Assembly: GCF_009914755.1 (NCBI RefSeq)
Contig: NC_060931.1
Reading direction: 5' to 3' (one strand)
Length of the DNA stretch: 64,000 bases
From: the human T2T-CHM13v2.0 reference genome, Homo sapiens
This document shows, one piece after another, positions 42,098 through 54,255 of the stretch (its first letter is position 1; each line of letters starts with the position of its first letter). The notes under the pieces were generated by a model that searched no databases, had not been told where the DNA came from, and worked only from the letters and a program-made list of their open reading frames with translations. A program made the translations under genes and the position numbers.

Positions 42098-42497
42098 TAT
42101 GGTAGGCAGTCTCCCAGCGTTTCCACCCTTGTCCTTGTGCAGTAATCCTCTCCACTTGAGTATAGGCTGGACCAAGCAATTTGATTGAACAAATAGAATA
42201 TAGCAAAAGTGTTGAGATGTTCTGAAAGATCAGGTTATAAAAGATTGTGACTTCCATCTTGCTAGCACTCTCTCTCTCTCTTGCCTTCCTTGGAAGCTGA
42301 TCCTTTTGCGTCGAGCCGTGAGATGACAGTGAACCCAGCTGACACCTTGATTGCACCTTGTGAGATACCCCAAAGCAGAGGACCCTGATAAATTGTATTT
42401 GGATTTCTGACCCACAGAAACTGAGATAACAAATGTTGTTTTAAGCCATTAGATTTAGAGGTAATTTTTTATGTGACAACAATAGATAACTAATACA
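42098..42497 (+). mobile_element. MLT1E/F-type LTR with an internal deletion
   Basis: tatggtaggcag...aatagaatatagcaaaagtg...gacttccatcttgct jumps to ttggaagctgatcc; ends aatagataactaataca. Confidence 0.85.
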
Positions 42498-43726
42498 CAA
42501 GAGCTACAGGGATCACGTTTTGATCTGTACTAGTTGATCTAACAGTAAGTGAATTATATGGCATGTGAATTATACCTCAATAAAGCTGTTTAAAGATTTA
42601 TATCAGGGCATTTGTTAAATAGCATAAATAATATTAGAAATGCATACATCTGTGAAAGGAGTGGTGTATAAAATATGTGAGTTGACTAGAAATAATGGAC
42701 AGCAGAGTACCTCTGTTTTTGCACGAGAGGCATAAGAATGTGGAAAGCCCAGAGCCTTGTACTCTCCCAAGTGGTACCCTAGGCCCAGGACTCTCATTCA
42801 GTCTTAGATTTGGCCATAACATGGAGGGATCATGTGGCTTGAATGGACTCAGGTTAGCTAAGATCTACTGTTAGAGCACAGTGGCCTTTGCCCCAAGTAA
42901 AACCCTCAAGCAAGCTACTTTTCAGGGAGTCTGAAGAATGGAGTGATGCCTCCCTGAACTTACATGAGCAGACTCTGTGATATTTTTGTGCCTACATGTT
43001 AATAATTGCTTGTTCATGAGGCAGAATTTGGTCAGAGATTTGATTTCACTGTAACATATGATCTGCTGTTGAGGGTATGAGAGACTTGCAGCTCTCAATA
43101 GAGGCTAAAGAAATCAACCAAAAAGAAGTGGACAATTGTGAATGACCAAGTTGACTCAGGCCATTCTGCAACAGAACTGATGAGACAAGAAGTCGATGCA
43201 TAAGACAACTGACTGCATCCCTTGCAAGGTAAAGTAGCCCCTGTGTGTCCCCTAGTGTTTGTCTTTGTTGTGGCAAAATGATTAAACTTGCCCCTCATCC
43301 CAGCCACCAGTTAATTTAAGCAATGTTAGAGGCACAACAGTACCAGTCATTCTCTCACTCAAAGACCTTTCGTGGTATCCTATTTCCCAAGAACTAAGTC
43401 CAAGTCCTTTGTCTTGAATACAAGGCTCTTACAACTTTTGTTTTCTACTATCCATCATACACTAAATTGAACAGCTTCGGGAAATTGAACAGTTCTTGTA
43501 TTTTCTTGCTTCCTTATCTTTGCTCATTTAATTCCATCCATCTGAATGATCTTTCCATCCATTAGCTTTGGACAAATAGTGTTTAATGTATTTCAGGCCC
43601 TTGAGTACAAAGATAAATAAGGCACAGTCTCGTCCCATAAGAATCTTATTTAGTGTGTGAGTGTGTGAGTTGGCCATATCAACAAGCAATTCCAGTAAAA
43701 TTTGGTGAGTGATTTGATAAGTTTCT

Positions 43727-44710
43727 ATGGGTAGATTAACTATGGTCACCAATTCTTTGTGGCTCCTCTTATGAAAAAGAGGATTCTCTCTCACCTCCCT
43801 GGGCCTGGGCTGTCCCTGTGTCTTGCTTTGACCTATAGAATTCAGTGGAAGTGACACTGTTGTCATTTCTGAGCCTTGGCCTCTAGAGGTCTTGCCAGCT
43901 TCTGCCCTCCCTCTTGGATCTCAGCTGCCATAACAGGACACCCAGTGAAGTGGACTGGATAATGAGAGGCCACTCAGAAGAGAATGGAGGTGGCTCAGCT
44001 GATGGCAGCACTGTGTTAATCATGTTTTGTATTTTCTGTATTGTTAAGATGTTTGGACATCTTGCAGGTCTTTCAGACCTGGGGAGACACTGACCCTTGC
44101 AGAGCTAGCTTACTCCTGGGGGTGTTGGCCTTTCATGTATAGACTGTTCAGCCCAGTGCTGTCCCCCAACCCCCTTCAGCTAACTCCCACACACCAAGCC
44201 AATATCTCCCCTGTCCTAAATCAATCCAGGGCCAGGTATCAGACAACCAGGGACAGTCTTTATGTCTCCGAGCCCCCCAGAGTTATTCAAATGAGATGAT
44301 TCTAAACTTTGACTCTGTCTTGCCTTTCCTTTTTGCAAAAATCTCAATAAAGTCTCAGGTCTAGGCTTCCCCCTTACTCTTGTTTCTGCCTCTAAATCAA
44401 AACCTAGTTCTTTGCCATGTGGTCCTGAGTGATTTGGAATGCCCCCTTCTCTGGGGAAATGTAAGTAACAAAAATCTTCTCTCAAGGTCATTAACCTCTC
44501 CATGTTGTCACTCAGTCTCTTCTATCAATTAAAACCCTGTGGGTACAAATTTTAGAACCAGCACTAATTAGTAGGGAGGGCTATCCAGCCTTAGTCAAAC
44601 CTTCAGATGATCAAAGCCATGGGAATGATCTCAGGTGAAACTAGCAGAGCTTCCCAGCTGAATCCAGCCCAAATTGTAAAGTCATGAGAAAGTGAATGTT
44701 TGTGGTATAG
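43727..44710 (+). mobile_element. MLT1G/H-type LTR split by a MER74-like LTR
   Basis: atggtcaccaattctttg...cttgctttgacctatagaattcagtggaagtgacact...; resumes cccagctgaatccagcccaaattg after 44564. Confidence 0.75.
44012..44559 (+). mobile_element. ERVL LTR, MER74-like, nested insertion
   Basis: tgtgttaatcatgttttgtattttctgtatt...ccagggccaggtatcagacaaccagggacag; perfect 5-bp TSD agcac at 44007-11 and 44560-64. Confidence 0.85.
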
Positions 44711-45334
44711 GGAAGAAATTCAATGGAAAACTATGCATTGTCTACAGCACACCCTTCTGGGTTATCAGATTCTAATTCTATGGGAGCTATTTCACAGCTC
44801 TGTGATATTATAAACAACTGATCTCAACCACAAATAATTCTTTTCTATACACATTTAAATGAATTCTGTCCAGTGGAGGAACAGCACTCTCTTTTCCTGC
44901 AAAAGTCAGGTTTATCCCATTTTTGCTTGCATTTCAATTTCCCTTTGCTCCGTATAAATTTATGCTTCTTTGACTTCTTTGAATTACTTGTAACATCTAT
45001 CTGTTTCCTTCATTTTATTTAACATGTGCTCATCCTATACCTACATGAGATTATGGTTTTACCTTATTTTGAAAATTATCCTTTAACATAGCTATCTTAA
45101 ACCATTAAGTTTTGTAGTGTAGCAGCAGATGCAGGAAGGCAATAACGGAGAGCAGAATCAATTGCTTACATCCCATTGGCTCATACTTCTTTGCTATTTA
45201 TATTACTAACAGAAAAACGTCACTTCTTTGTGGCATAGACAATAAACATGTATAAAGAAAAATATTGGAAGCACAGCCTGGAACGCTGACTAAAAGGAAG
45301 CGGCAGAATGATGAGGTTAAAGGTATGAGCTTTC

Positions 45335-45478
45335 CTCATTCAATATGCCTGGGTTCAAGCCCAGACTCCACCATATACCAGCTATGTAAACTTGGGCACA
45401 TTTGTTGATATCTGTAAGTTTCAATTTCTTCATGAACCAAAATCATACACACTGCATAGTAAGCACTAAATAAGACCA
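45335..45478 (+). mobile_element. MIR
   Basis: gcctgggttcaagcccagactccaccatataccagctatgtaaacttgggca. Confidence 0.8.
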
Positions 45479-45870
45479 TGTGGCAGACACCTTTGATTGC
45501 CCACCGGACGTTCACTTCCTGATTTCTGAACAGAGCCCCAGGTTCATCCAGGTGTCCACATTGTCTCCAGCTCCAAAGAGGTGTTCTGAGCAATGTAAAC
45601 CAAGAAGCCTATGGTCCTTCCCTAACATCTGCAGTTATTTAGGAGAGGGCACATGATTGAACTGACTCAACTATGCAAGCAGGAATTGTTTGCATCCCAT
45701 GTTGGGAGAAAAGTGTTCTTTTCTTGTTTTTGTCCTGTTGGGTGGAATCAGTACACAAATGAATGCTGATTGCTGCAGGCAGCCATCTTATAACCAAGAG
45801 GCAAAACAGCCTTGGGACAGAGGCTCTGTTGAGAGTCAGAAGAGAAGGACCAAAGCTGTGAGCCCAGAGC
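45479..45870 (+). mobile_element. Old MaLR LTR (MLT1J/K-like)
   Basis: tgtggcagacac start; gctgcaggcagccatcttataaccaagagg. Confidence 0.6.
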
Positions 45871-46471
45871 TTGGCCTATAATCAGCGTTCAGTCCACGTA
45901 ATCTAAGCAGCAGCCTGGGTTCTGTTGATTTGGAGAGGAACCTTCCTTTGGATTTGTACCAAAAGGATTCTGGCATGTTGGCCAGTGAGAATTGGAAGGG
46001 CTACTCTATTTCCCGTAGATTGTGTAAGAAAAGAGGATTTTTATCACGTGACCAGCCCTAAATGATTGTTCCCCTTAAAACCAAAACTCAAATACAATCG
46101 AGACATTGGCCTTTGTATTCAATGCCTGTAGCCATAATTCATTTTCTGTCAAAATACAGGGTTTTTTTCCTGCCAAACCGTTGAAATCACAATTTTCAAA
46201 AGTTTGGCAAGGACCAATTTCCCATCAGAGATAGCATATTTTTATGGTGATTTTTGCCCATTACATTGTAAAACAATAATAGCCAAAGTCTTGCTTCTGG
46301 TCATTGCGTACTCTGAGTATTTGCTAGCACCACCACAAAGTGACACTTCTATTTCAAGCCCTGTTTTGAGGATGTGATAACAAAGTGGAAAAATGTTGCT
46401 ACTGGCTATAATTTGGCAGATTAGACTTAAGCTTCCAAGGATTCTTCTCAATACAGTTTTGCCAAAATTCA

Positions 46472-46514
46472 GACACACACACATGCACACACACATACAC
46501 ACACACACACACAC
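46472..46514. repeat. Imperfect (CA)n microsatellite
   Basis: Seen directly. Confidence 0.95.
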
Positions 46515-48019
46515 AGAGCTTGTTTTTTTTTTAAGAAAATAAAACAAACAAAAAACTGCATGAAGAAGAAAGAAGAAAACCCTTCTACAAAGTGCTGAAG
46601 TCTTGCTTTCTTCTGGTCTCTCATAAGCAATAACCTGGCTTTAAGATATGAGACAAGACAGGGAGTTCATCCAAAGTGATGCCCTCCCCCTGCCTTTTTT
46701 GATGGAGTTTTGAAATAAGGAGACTAATTGGCAAATATTTAAAGTTGAGGAAAATGGCAAAATTTGTATGCTTTTGAAATAGAGTCATAGGATTCATCAT
46801 TGTGTGATCTTTATGGTGATTTGTTTTATCTCCCAATGAGAAGAGAACCCATGCTTATTCAGGCTTGCCCATTTGGGCAGGTCTTTGCATGTCCTGGTAG
46901 TATCCAGGTGAATCTCCATGGTCCAATGTCAGCTTGGTTTCTGCACTAGCATCTAGTCCCTCTATGATCATCAGTGTCTGAGAAGTCTGAGTCCCAGTTA
47001 AGGTTAACTGTAAAATCCTGTCTGTTGGTACAATTCATTAAAAGACAATTTACCTATAATAGCTACTTAATGTGTCTGCAGTATATTTTCACCATAGACA
47101 GAATCAATAGAGATGATCAATAAAAAGAATTATCACAAATTTCCTGACAACTCCATGGTGGCAGCAGCTGGGAAGCCACAGCAAAGGGGTGGGCCTGTTG
47201 GTCGGGCTGCACGGGGTGAGAGTTTGTCTCTCAGCCCTTGGAAGACAGTCTAGACTGGTTATCTTGTAGTGCCAGCCTTGTGGCTCTCTAAGAGAGCTGC
47301 CCACAGTTCCTTTTCTGGTTTATCCACAAGACCCATTACCTTGATCTCCTCCTACTTCCTCCCCTGGCTCTCAGCCCTTCCCTGAGTAGAGACGGGATGG
47401 GGTGAGGCTTTGAGCCTGGTCTGTTTTGATTTTCATTCTTGTTAACCCCAACCAGGAAACTCTTCACAACAAGGGCAGCCAGCTGCCCATTCACACACAG
47501 TGAGGTTGCCCTGTGGAGTTATAGCAGAACAAACATATGCTTTCATTCCTGAGTTCCTCATATTGTTTATTTACTTGTGTTTACCTACGTTATCCATGCA
47601 CAAAAGATTTGAGCCATCTTACTATCATGACAACACATCCTACACTGTACAAATGGAATCAGAATTCAAGGTCCTGGACCAGAACACGTGGGACTGTTTA
47701 GTGGCTACAACAGAGTTGCACAAAAGGAGATAATGATTGCAGACAGACTCCCGAAGCCTTTGAATGCTGAGTCTACCTACCATGAGACTACTTTCTTGGG
47801 ACTTATGGTTATGTGAGTGAATGAATGCTTATATTATTTTTAAATATTGGAAATTATGTTTATTGCAGCCAACCATGTTCTACTGGTACAGATAGTCCCA
47901 CTGGCACAGATTATCTCTATTGTATGGGTGAAGGCAATTGAGGTTTGACAAGTTGACTCAGCAAATGAGTGGCAGTATCTGGGCTTTTTCCTCCTGTCTG
48001 ACCCAGAGTAATTTTTTAA

Positions 48020-48165
48020 CTTTCCCTGGAGTCCTGATAAAAAACGCAGATTCCTCTACTTCACTCCCAAAGATTCCATTTAGGAACTGAGGTGGAGTCC
48101 CAGGAATCTCCATTCTAAGCAAGCAACACAGATCGTTCTGATGTGAGGGCTTCTTGAACCCCATT
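48020..48165. mobile_element. MER5B-type MITE fragment
   Basis: aaaaacgcagattcct...ggtggagtcccaggaatctccattctaagcaagc. Confidence 0.7.
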
Positions 48166-49645
48166 TGAAGACTCATGGTCCCATGTCATCCAACCCCTCA
48201 ATCAAGCTCATTTCTTTCCAAAGCCTATTCTTTCTCCCACCATTTTGGGCTGACATCACCATAGCATCCACACATCCACTCCTATCCCTCATCCCAGACA
48301 CAGGTGTGCCTCAATATAAAAGCAGAAGGTCCTGGTTCTCTGGGATCTGCGGTTCAAAAGTACGATCACTCAGGAAGGTCGGAGGGTGGGGGCACTGTCT
48401 CCTCTTCCCTCCTCTTGGGAAGTATTTGTCAAAATGGTCATCCTGGGTGGTCACAGATTGACACAATCAGCTTTACTTATTCAACCAACCAGCCCACTCA
48501 TTACTTGGGTGTCAACTCCCTGGAAAACAGTGAAGTGAAATGTTCACGAGTCTTTGTTTGTGGGAAAGGGGAGGGGAGGAATGGGGGAAAATTGTGCACA
48601 CGTTCATTTTTATTTCAAAAGAAACCCACATGGTTTGTTGTCATTCAGCTCTTTGGCTTTGCCTGAGAGACACAGAATCCAAATGTAATATTGTAGAAAG
48701 CTGTGAAACCAAAGTTTTGAATTTTTCTCAAGAATTTCATTTTTAATAATAAAAAATCACCAAGCCCATGTGTCCCATAAAAATAAATGAACGTTTTCAC
48801 TCATGAACCAATAAAGCAGATGAAAGTTGGAAGCCACATAATACTTTCTGTGTAGCTCATCCAGGCCATGCAAGGCCTTGGAGAAGAATTATTTTATGTT
48901 TTGCAGATGGGGGAAACTGAGGAAGCACCAGGTCCATGTGCCTGGGAAAGTAACCTGCCAGCTGCTCTAATTTGGAAGAGCAGCTCTTTGGAGGGTTGGA
49001 GAAAAGCCCGGACCCTGTAGCATGGCATGTTCCAGCCAAGCCAGGATGTCCAGCTGCATTTCTGGAGGGGACCTTCTTGCCCCTGAGGACCTGTGGTTCT
49101 TCAGAGGGTCATGTTGCTTCATGCCTTGTCCCTGCTGCCCTTTCTTATGGAAATATTCTCCTGCTGTTTTCCAGATAGCACATACCCACTTGTCCCTCAC
49201 TCATCACGAGAAGCTGTGGGTCCTCCCACGTGGCTGCATTCTCTGGCCCTGCCACAGCACTTTAACACCCACTGACATTTACGGCCACCCCACCATCCCC
49301 CCACCAAACACACACAGAGTCTGTTGAAGGATCCTGCTTAATTTATCTTTAGGTTCCCAGGACCGGTCACATGGTCAGGCACATAATACATGCTCATTAA
49401 GTGCTTGTTGAAAGGATAGGTGAATAAACCCATGCAGGCATGGGGTAATGTAAGAAAAAAGATGACACCTTCAACCTCTTGTTGTTCTCTAAAAGAAGCT
49501 GGAGGAAGAAATAGGAGGGAGGAAGCCCATTCAAGTTTCTGGCCAGCCTTTTCCCAGGGGCTGTGTCTCCTCACTTGGTTTCAGGAATGTAAACACTGAA
49601 AGTATAGTTCAGATTCCTTTCACTGGTAAATAACTTCTTCCACTC

Positions 49646-49672
49646 AAAAAAAAAAAAAAAAAAAAAAAAAAA
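49646..49672. repeat. Poly(A) tract
   Basis: About 27 A residues, no upstream Alu or L1 body. Confidence 0.95.
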
Positions 49673-50017
49673 GAAGATGGAAAACTGACAGTCATTGGAG
49701 GGGAGTGATTTTTGCTGGGCTGCCAGGGAACATGTTTGTGGCTGTGATGAGTATTTGGGCAAAGACCCTACACAGAGGGCTGGGATCACTTAAGGCCTAC
49801 CCTATTTAGGGGGAGAATTTTTGAAAGCTTTTTTTTTCCTTGCAAGAAAGACTTACACCCCAGCAGCTGCTGTCATGCTACCGCCAGTTTAGTCCTGAGT
49901 AAGAAACCCCCAGGCTTTGACACAATTACCTCTCTTGCTCCTTCTCCACAAAGGCTGGAAATTGAGTCCCAGTCCCACAGTAAGGGGGATGTTCCTTCTA
50001 GCACGCAAGTGTCAGCT

Positions 50018-50036
50018 TCCCCACCAGGGGGCTGGA
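50018..50036 (+). promoter_or_regulatory. CTCF-like motif
   Basis: CCACCAGGGGGCTG core at 50021-50034. Confidence 0.5.
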
Positions 50037-50535
50037 GCCAGCCTGGGGCTGACATATTTACCCAGGCCTCCAGGCAAGGCAGCCGAATGTGACGCGGAGC
50101 TGCCCCCTGCCTAACCTAAGCTGTCCTGCTGGCTTTCTTCTCAAGGATCAGGTAGGCCACGCTATCTCCAAGCAACCTCCCCTCACAAAAGACTGAGATA
50201 GTTGAATTTTCATGGTGGGAGACTGGGAAATTGGGAATGGTTATTGATGGGAGAGGTGTATGAGATGGAGCTGGGGAGAAAGTTCTGAATCTTTAGTAGA
50301 ATGAACTTTGCTCATTTCAGGGAAGCCCATGATGTATGAAGGGGAATTAGGGGGTGGAACAGGACAAGGAAGGGAATTAGCCTTCACAAGAACCTGGTGT
50401 GGTAGTGCTGCTTTATATGTATAATCTCACTTAATCTACCCCAGTTCCCAAAAGACTTGCATTACTATCTGCGGTACGCATATGACAAAACTGAGGCTAA
50501 GAGGGGCCAAGAAACAGCCTCAGGCGCCACAGTTA

Positions 50536-50614
50536 TTAGGTTGGTGCAAAAGTAATTGCTGTTTTTGCCCTTAAAAGTGATGACACAATCCCAATTACTT
50601 TTGCATCAACCTAG
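50536..50614. mobile_element. MADE1 mariner MITE inserted in a MIR
   Basis: ttaggttggtgcaaaagtaattgc...caattacttttgcatcaacctag with TA duplications at 50534-35 and 50615-16. Confidence 0.95.
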
Positions 50615-51211
50615 TAGGCGTGGGGGCCAGGGTGTGAATGTGATCTGTTTGCACCAAGACTATGAACAAAGTATAAGGAGTAGGAAGATAGTTTAAAAAT
50701 GAAATAAAATAGAATGGTGCTGGAACAGTTGCAAATCAGGTCAGCTTACGTTTCCTAAGTGGCTTTTCTCTGCCGGGCATCATCCCATTTAATCCCAATA
50801 AAACTATCATAGGAAATTTCAATGGAGAACCGAGATTCAAAGAGATCACTCTACTTGTCCACAGTCAGAGGGCTCAGCATTCGCGGAGTCAAGACTTAAA
50901 CTTGGCGGCAGAAATTCTAACCACTGTGGTCAGGCAGGGAGGAACGCATGTCTGCTGTGACATACAGGAACAAGAGAAAAGGAGAATGGGACTGCAGACT
51001 CTGATGAACCATTAGGAAAATAATGCCCTCTCAAAGGCGTCAAGTTAGGTGGGGCAGAATCCACAGGGTTTCAGAAAATAAATGAGGGGAAGAGAGGAGG
51101 AGAGGAAAAGGAGCCTGGATGCCTGCTACAGTTCCTAGCACCTTCCCACTCTCCTCCCAGATCCCAGGGTAAGTGCAAGCTTCCCAAATGCCAGGATATT
51201 TTAAGCTCTGC

Positions 51212-51768
51212 TGTGGCGGTTTTAAACATGAACACACATTATTTGACACTTGTCTCAGTGAGAGGGGGTTTTATGTCCCTGCCCGTTGAGTCGAAGTGAG
51301 CTTGCAACTTGCTTATTTATAACCAAGAAAATGCAGCAGAAGTGACAGCAAGATTTCTCAGGCTCGGTCAGAAGAGTCAATGCAGCTTCCACCTTCAGAG
51401 GCCTAAGCTTCTGTGTGAGAAATCTGACTACCACAGGGCTGCCATGCCTTGAGGAAGCCCAAGTCACATGGAGAGGACATGCATTGGCTAACAGCCCCAA
51501 GTGAGGTCCCAACCAACAGCAACCATAAACCACCAGACATAAGTGAAGGATTTTCCAGATGATTCCAGTCCACAGCTGTCAGGCCACATCACCACCCTCT
51601 CAGCACTGTCTTTGTATCTTCTCAGTTCAGGCCCCAGACATCTTGGAGCAGAGACAAGCTATACTACTGTGCCCTATCAGGATTCCCAGCACACAGAACC
51701 CACGAACATAACAGATTGGTAGTTCGATGCCACTAAGTTTTGGGGTGGCAGCAATCGTCACCAGAACA
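51212..51768 (+). mobile_element. MLT1G-type MaLR solo LTR
   Basis: tgtggcggttttaaacatg...gaggaagcccaagtcacatggagagg...ggccccagacatcttggagcagagacaagc...ccagaaca. Confidence 0.85.
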
Positions 51769-52789
51769 TCACCTCACTTCATTTATTTTTTGGGAGGAGC
51801 TATATTCCCTCCCTTGTCCCCCAAGGTGGGAAAGACAAGCTTTTACTTTTCAATAAACTGTGGAGGATACACATGGTGACAGTCCTCCACAGTCTATGTG
51901 GGCTGATTGCAGTGGCATTCTTTCATGAGGATGCTTTCAGCCTGGCTAAAATGCTTTACAGCTGCTTTACAACTGTCTCTCCTATCTGGGTTACCAGGTC
52001 CTACTCCCAGCCTCTTGCCCATCCTTCACTTCCAGCTGACGGCTCCTCACCCCTCCCCTGCCTTTCCCATTGGGATGGCAGATGCCTTTCTTAAGTATTC
52101 AGCCCCCAGGGCAAAAGCTTCCAGTCAACTCTAGAGCCATTTACGTAGTTCATGGTAGTTCACGCCTCCATTCACCACAACCCCTGAAGCAGCTACTGGC
52201 TCCTGGAGTCTGGCCTTTTGTGAAAGTGGCTGAGCATGAAACCACTGCAGTGAGTATCTATCTGGCTCAGGTTCTATCCTACTGGCGCAATTCCATGGTT
52301 GTTAAAATTCTTCAAAGAGCTAGGTGAGCTCATTTCTCCTAAATTAGTGCCTGGTAGGAAATCTTTCATTTTCCCAGCACAAAGTTCATTATGGTGCCCC
52401 AGCGCTCACTCATTATTAGCATCCCTTTTAGCTACTAAACAGAGAAGAAAGTTTGGAGTCCAAATCAGGCTTTTCTTACTCTCTTTTATCTTCTTTTTTC
52501 TGAGTTGACGCTGAAAACTAGCATCTTCCCTGCATGATGTGCCAGTAAGATTTTGGATCTACATAGATGAACATCTTTCTACTAATAGTTAGTGCCCTCA
52601 CCACGTTACATTAACTGCCTGAGCCCCACTTTCCTTATCTGAAATATGCAGATGATAATTCTTACGCAGGGTTACTGTGAAGATGGACTGAGATAACACT
52701 GATAGCCAAGCCTGCCAGAGGTTACGCTAGTTGAAGGACATGGTCAAAGATCTTATTATTTTTCTTGTGGTTGCTATTGTTTGTGGTTA

Positions 52790-53490
52790 TCTTTCAGCAA
52801 ATTCGATTGGCTCTACCTTCCAAATAAACCCCAAATCTAGCCATTTCTTACCACCTCCCCTGCCAATCACCTGGTACTCTCCTGTCTGGTCCCCTGATTT
52901 CATCCTAGCTATCTTGTACCTCTGCACACAGGAGCCAGAATAATCTTGTTAAATCTTGCCATGTCATCAATCCCAGACTCCAAACCCTTCAATCACTTCC
53001 CTTCTAACAGTTTTTATAAACTCTCGTTACAAAACTTGGCCTACAAGTTTTTAACTGTGGCCTACGAGTCTGTGCAAGATGGGACTCTTAGTACATGCAT
53101 ACCTTCATCTTTTTTTCCTCTTTCTTCTTCTCTTTCCCTTTTTGCTATTCCTCAAATAGCACACACCTGCCTTAGAACCTTTACACTTTCTGTTTCTCAG
53201 CCAGAGAATGTACAGCTTGTGCCTTTACTTCCCTCCAGGCTTGCCTCAAATGCCATCCCCTCAATGAGTTCTTCCCTGACCATCCTATTTAAAATAGTTT
53301 CCACTGCCTCTTTTCTGCTTTAATTTTCGGCAGTTGGTCACTTTTTTTTAATTTATAAGGCTTAATTTATCGTGTATTTCTCCCAACTAGAATATAAGCC
53401 CCGTTAGAGCAAGGATTGTTATCTCTTTTGCTCATTGTTGTGTTTCCAGTACCTAAAACAGTACCTAGCATATAATAGAGCCGCAAGTTT
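52790..53490 (+). mobile_element. L2 3' region
   Basis: ggctctaccttccaaata...aaacccttcaatcacttcc...ttccctgaccatcctatttaaaatag...actagaatataagccccgttagagcaagga. Confidence 0.85.
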
Positions 53491-53531
53491 AAGGTGGAAT
53501 TGACCACAGAACATAGAAATAACTCACTTAG

Positions 53532-53861
<330 letters not shown>

Positions 53862-54093
53862 CTGCTAATATTTTATCTTAATGCAAATAACTCCTGTACA
53901 ATCACTGCATCATCAACGGTTTTGTTTGACAACATTGCCACTGTGCTGCCCTTTTCTAGCTTGAGAACATGCTAGTAATAAATGCCGTGAGTAAAAATCC
54001 AGCTGAAGTCAAAGGATGCAGGAATAATAAGGCCTGGGTCTTCTACTTGTTGGTTTAGAAGGCCCCCAAGAACCAAGGGGAGACTCTCATTTT

Positions 54094-54255
54094 CAGGACT
54101 GGCTATATAATTTGCAGGACCTGGTGCAAAAAGAAAATGTGGGGATGGCCTCTTGTTCAAAGTTATCAAGAATATCAACACAGCAGCGGTAAAGCAGTAA
54201 ACCAAGATGAGGGCCCTGTGACTGCACAGATCACAACACCAAAACGCTGGTCCTG
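54094..54255 (-). mobile_element. MER45A hAT-Tip100 MITE
   Basis: Termini caggactggc / gctggtcctg; perfect 8-bp TSD ctcatttt at 54086-93 and 54256-63. Confidence 0.92.
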
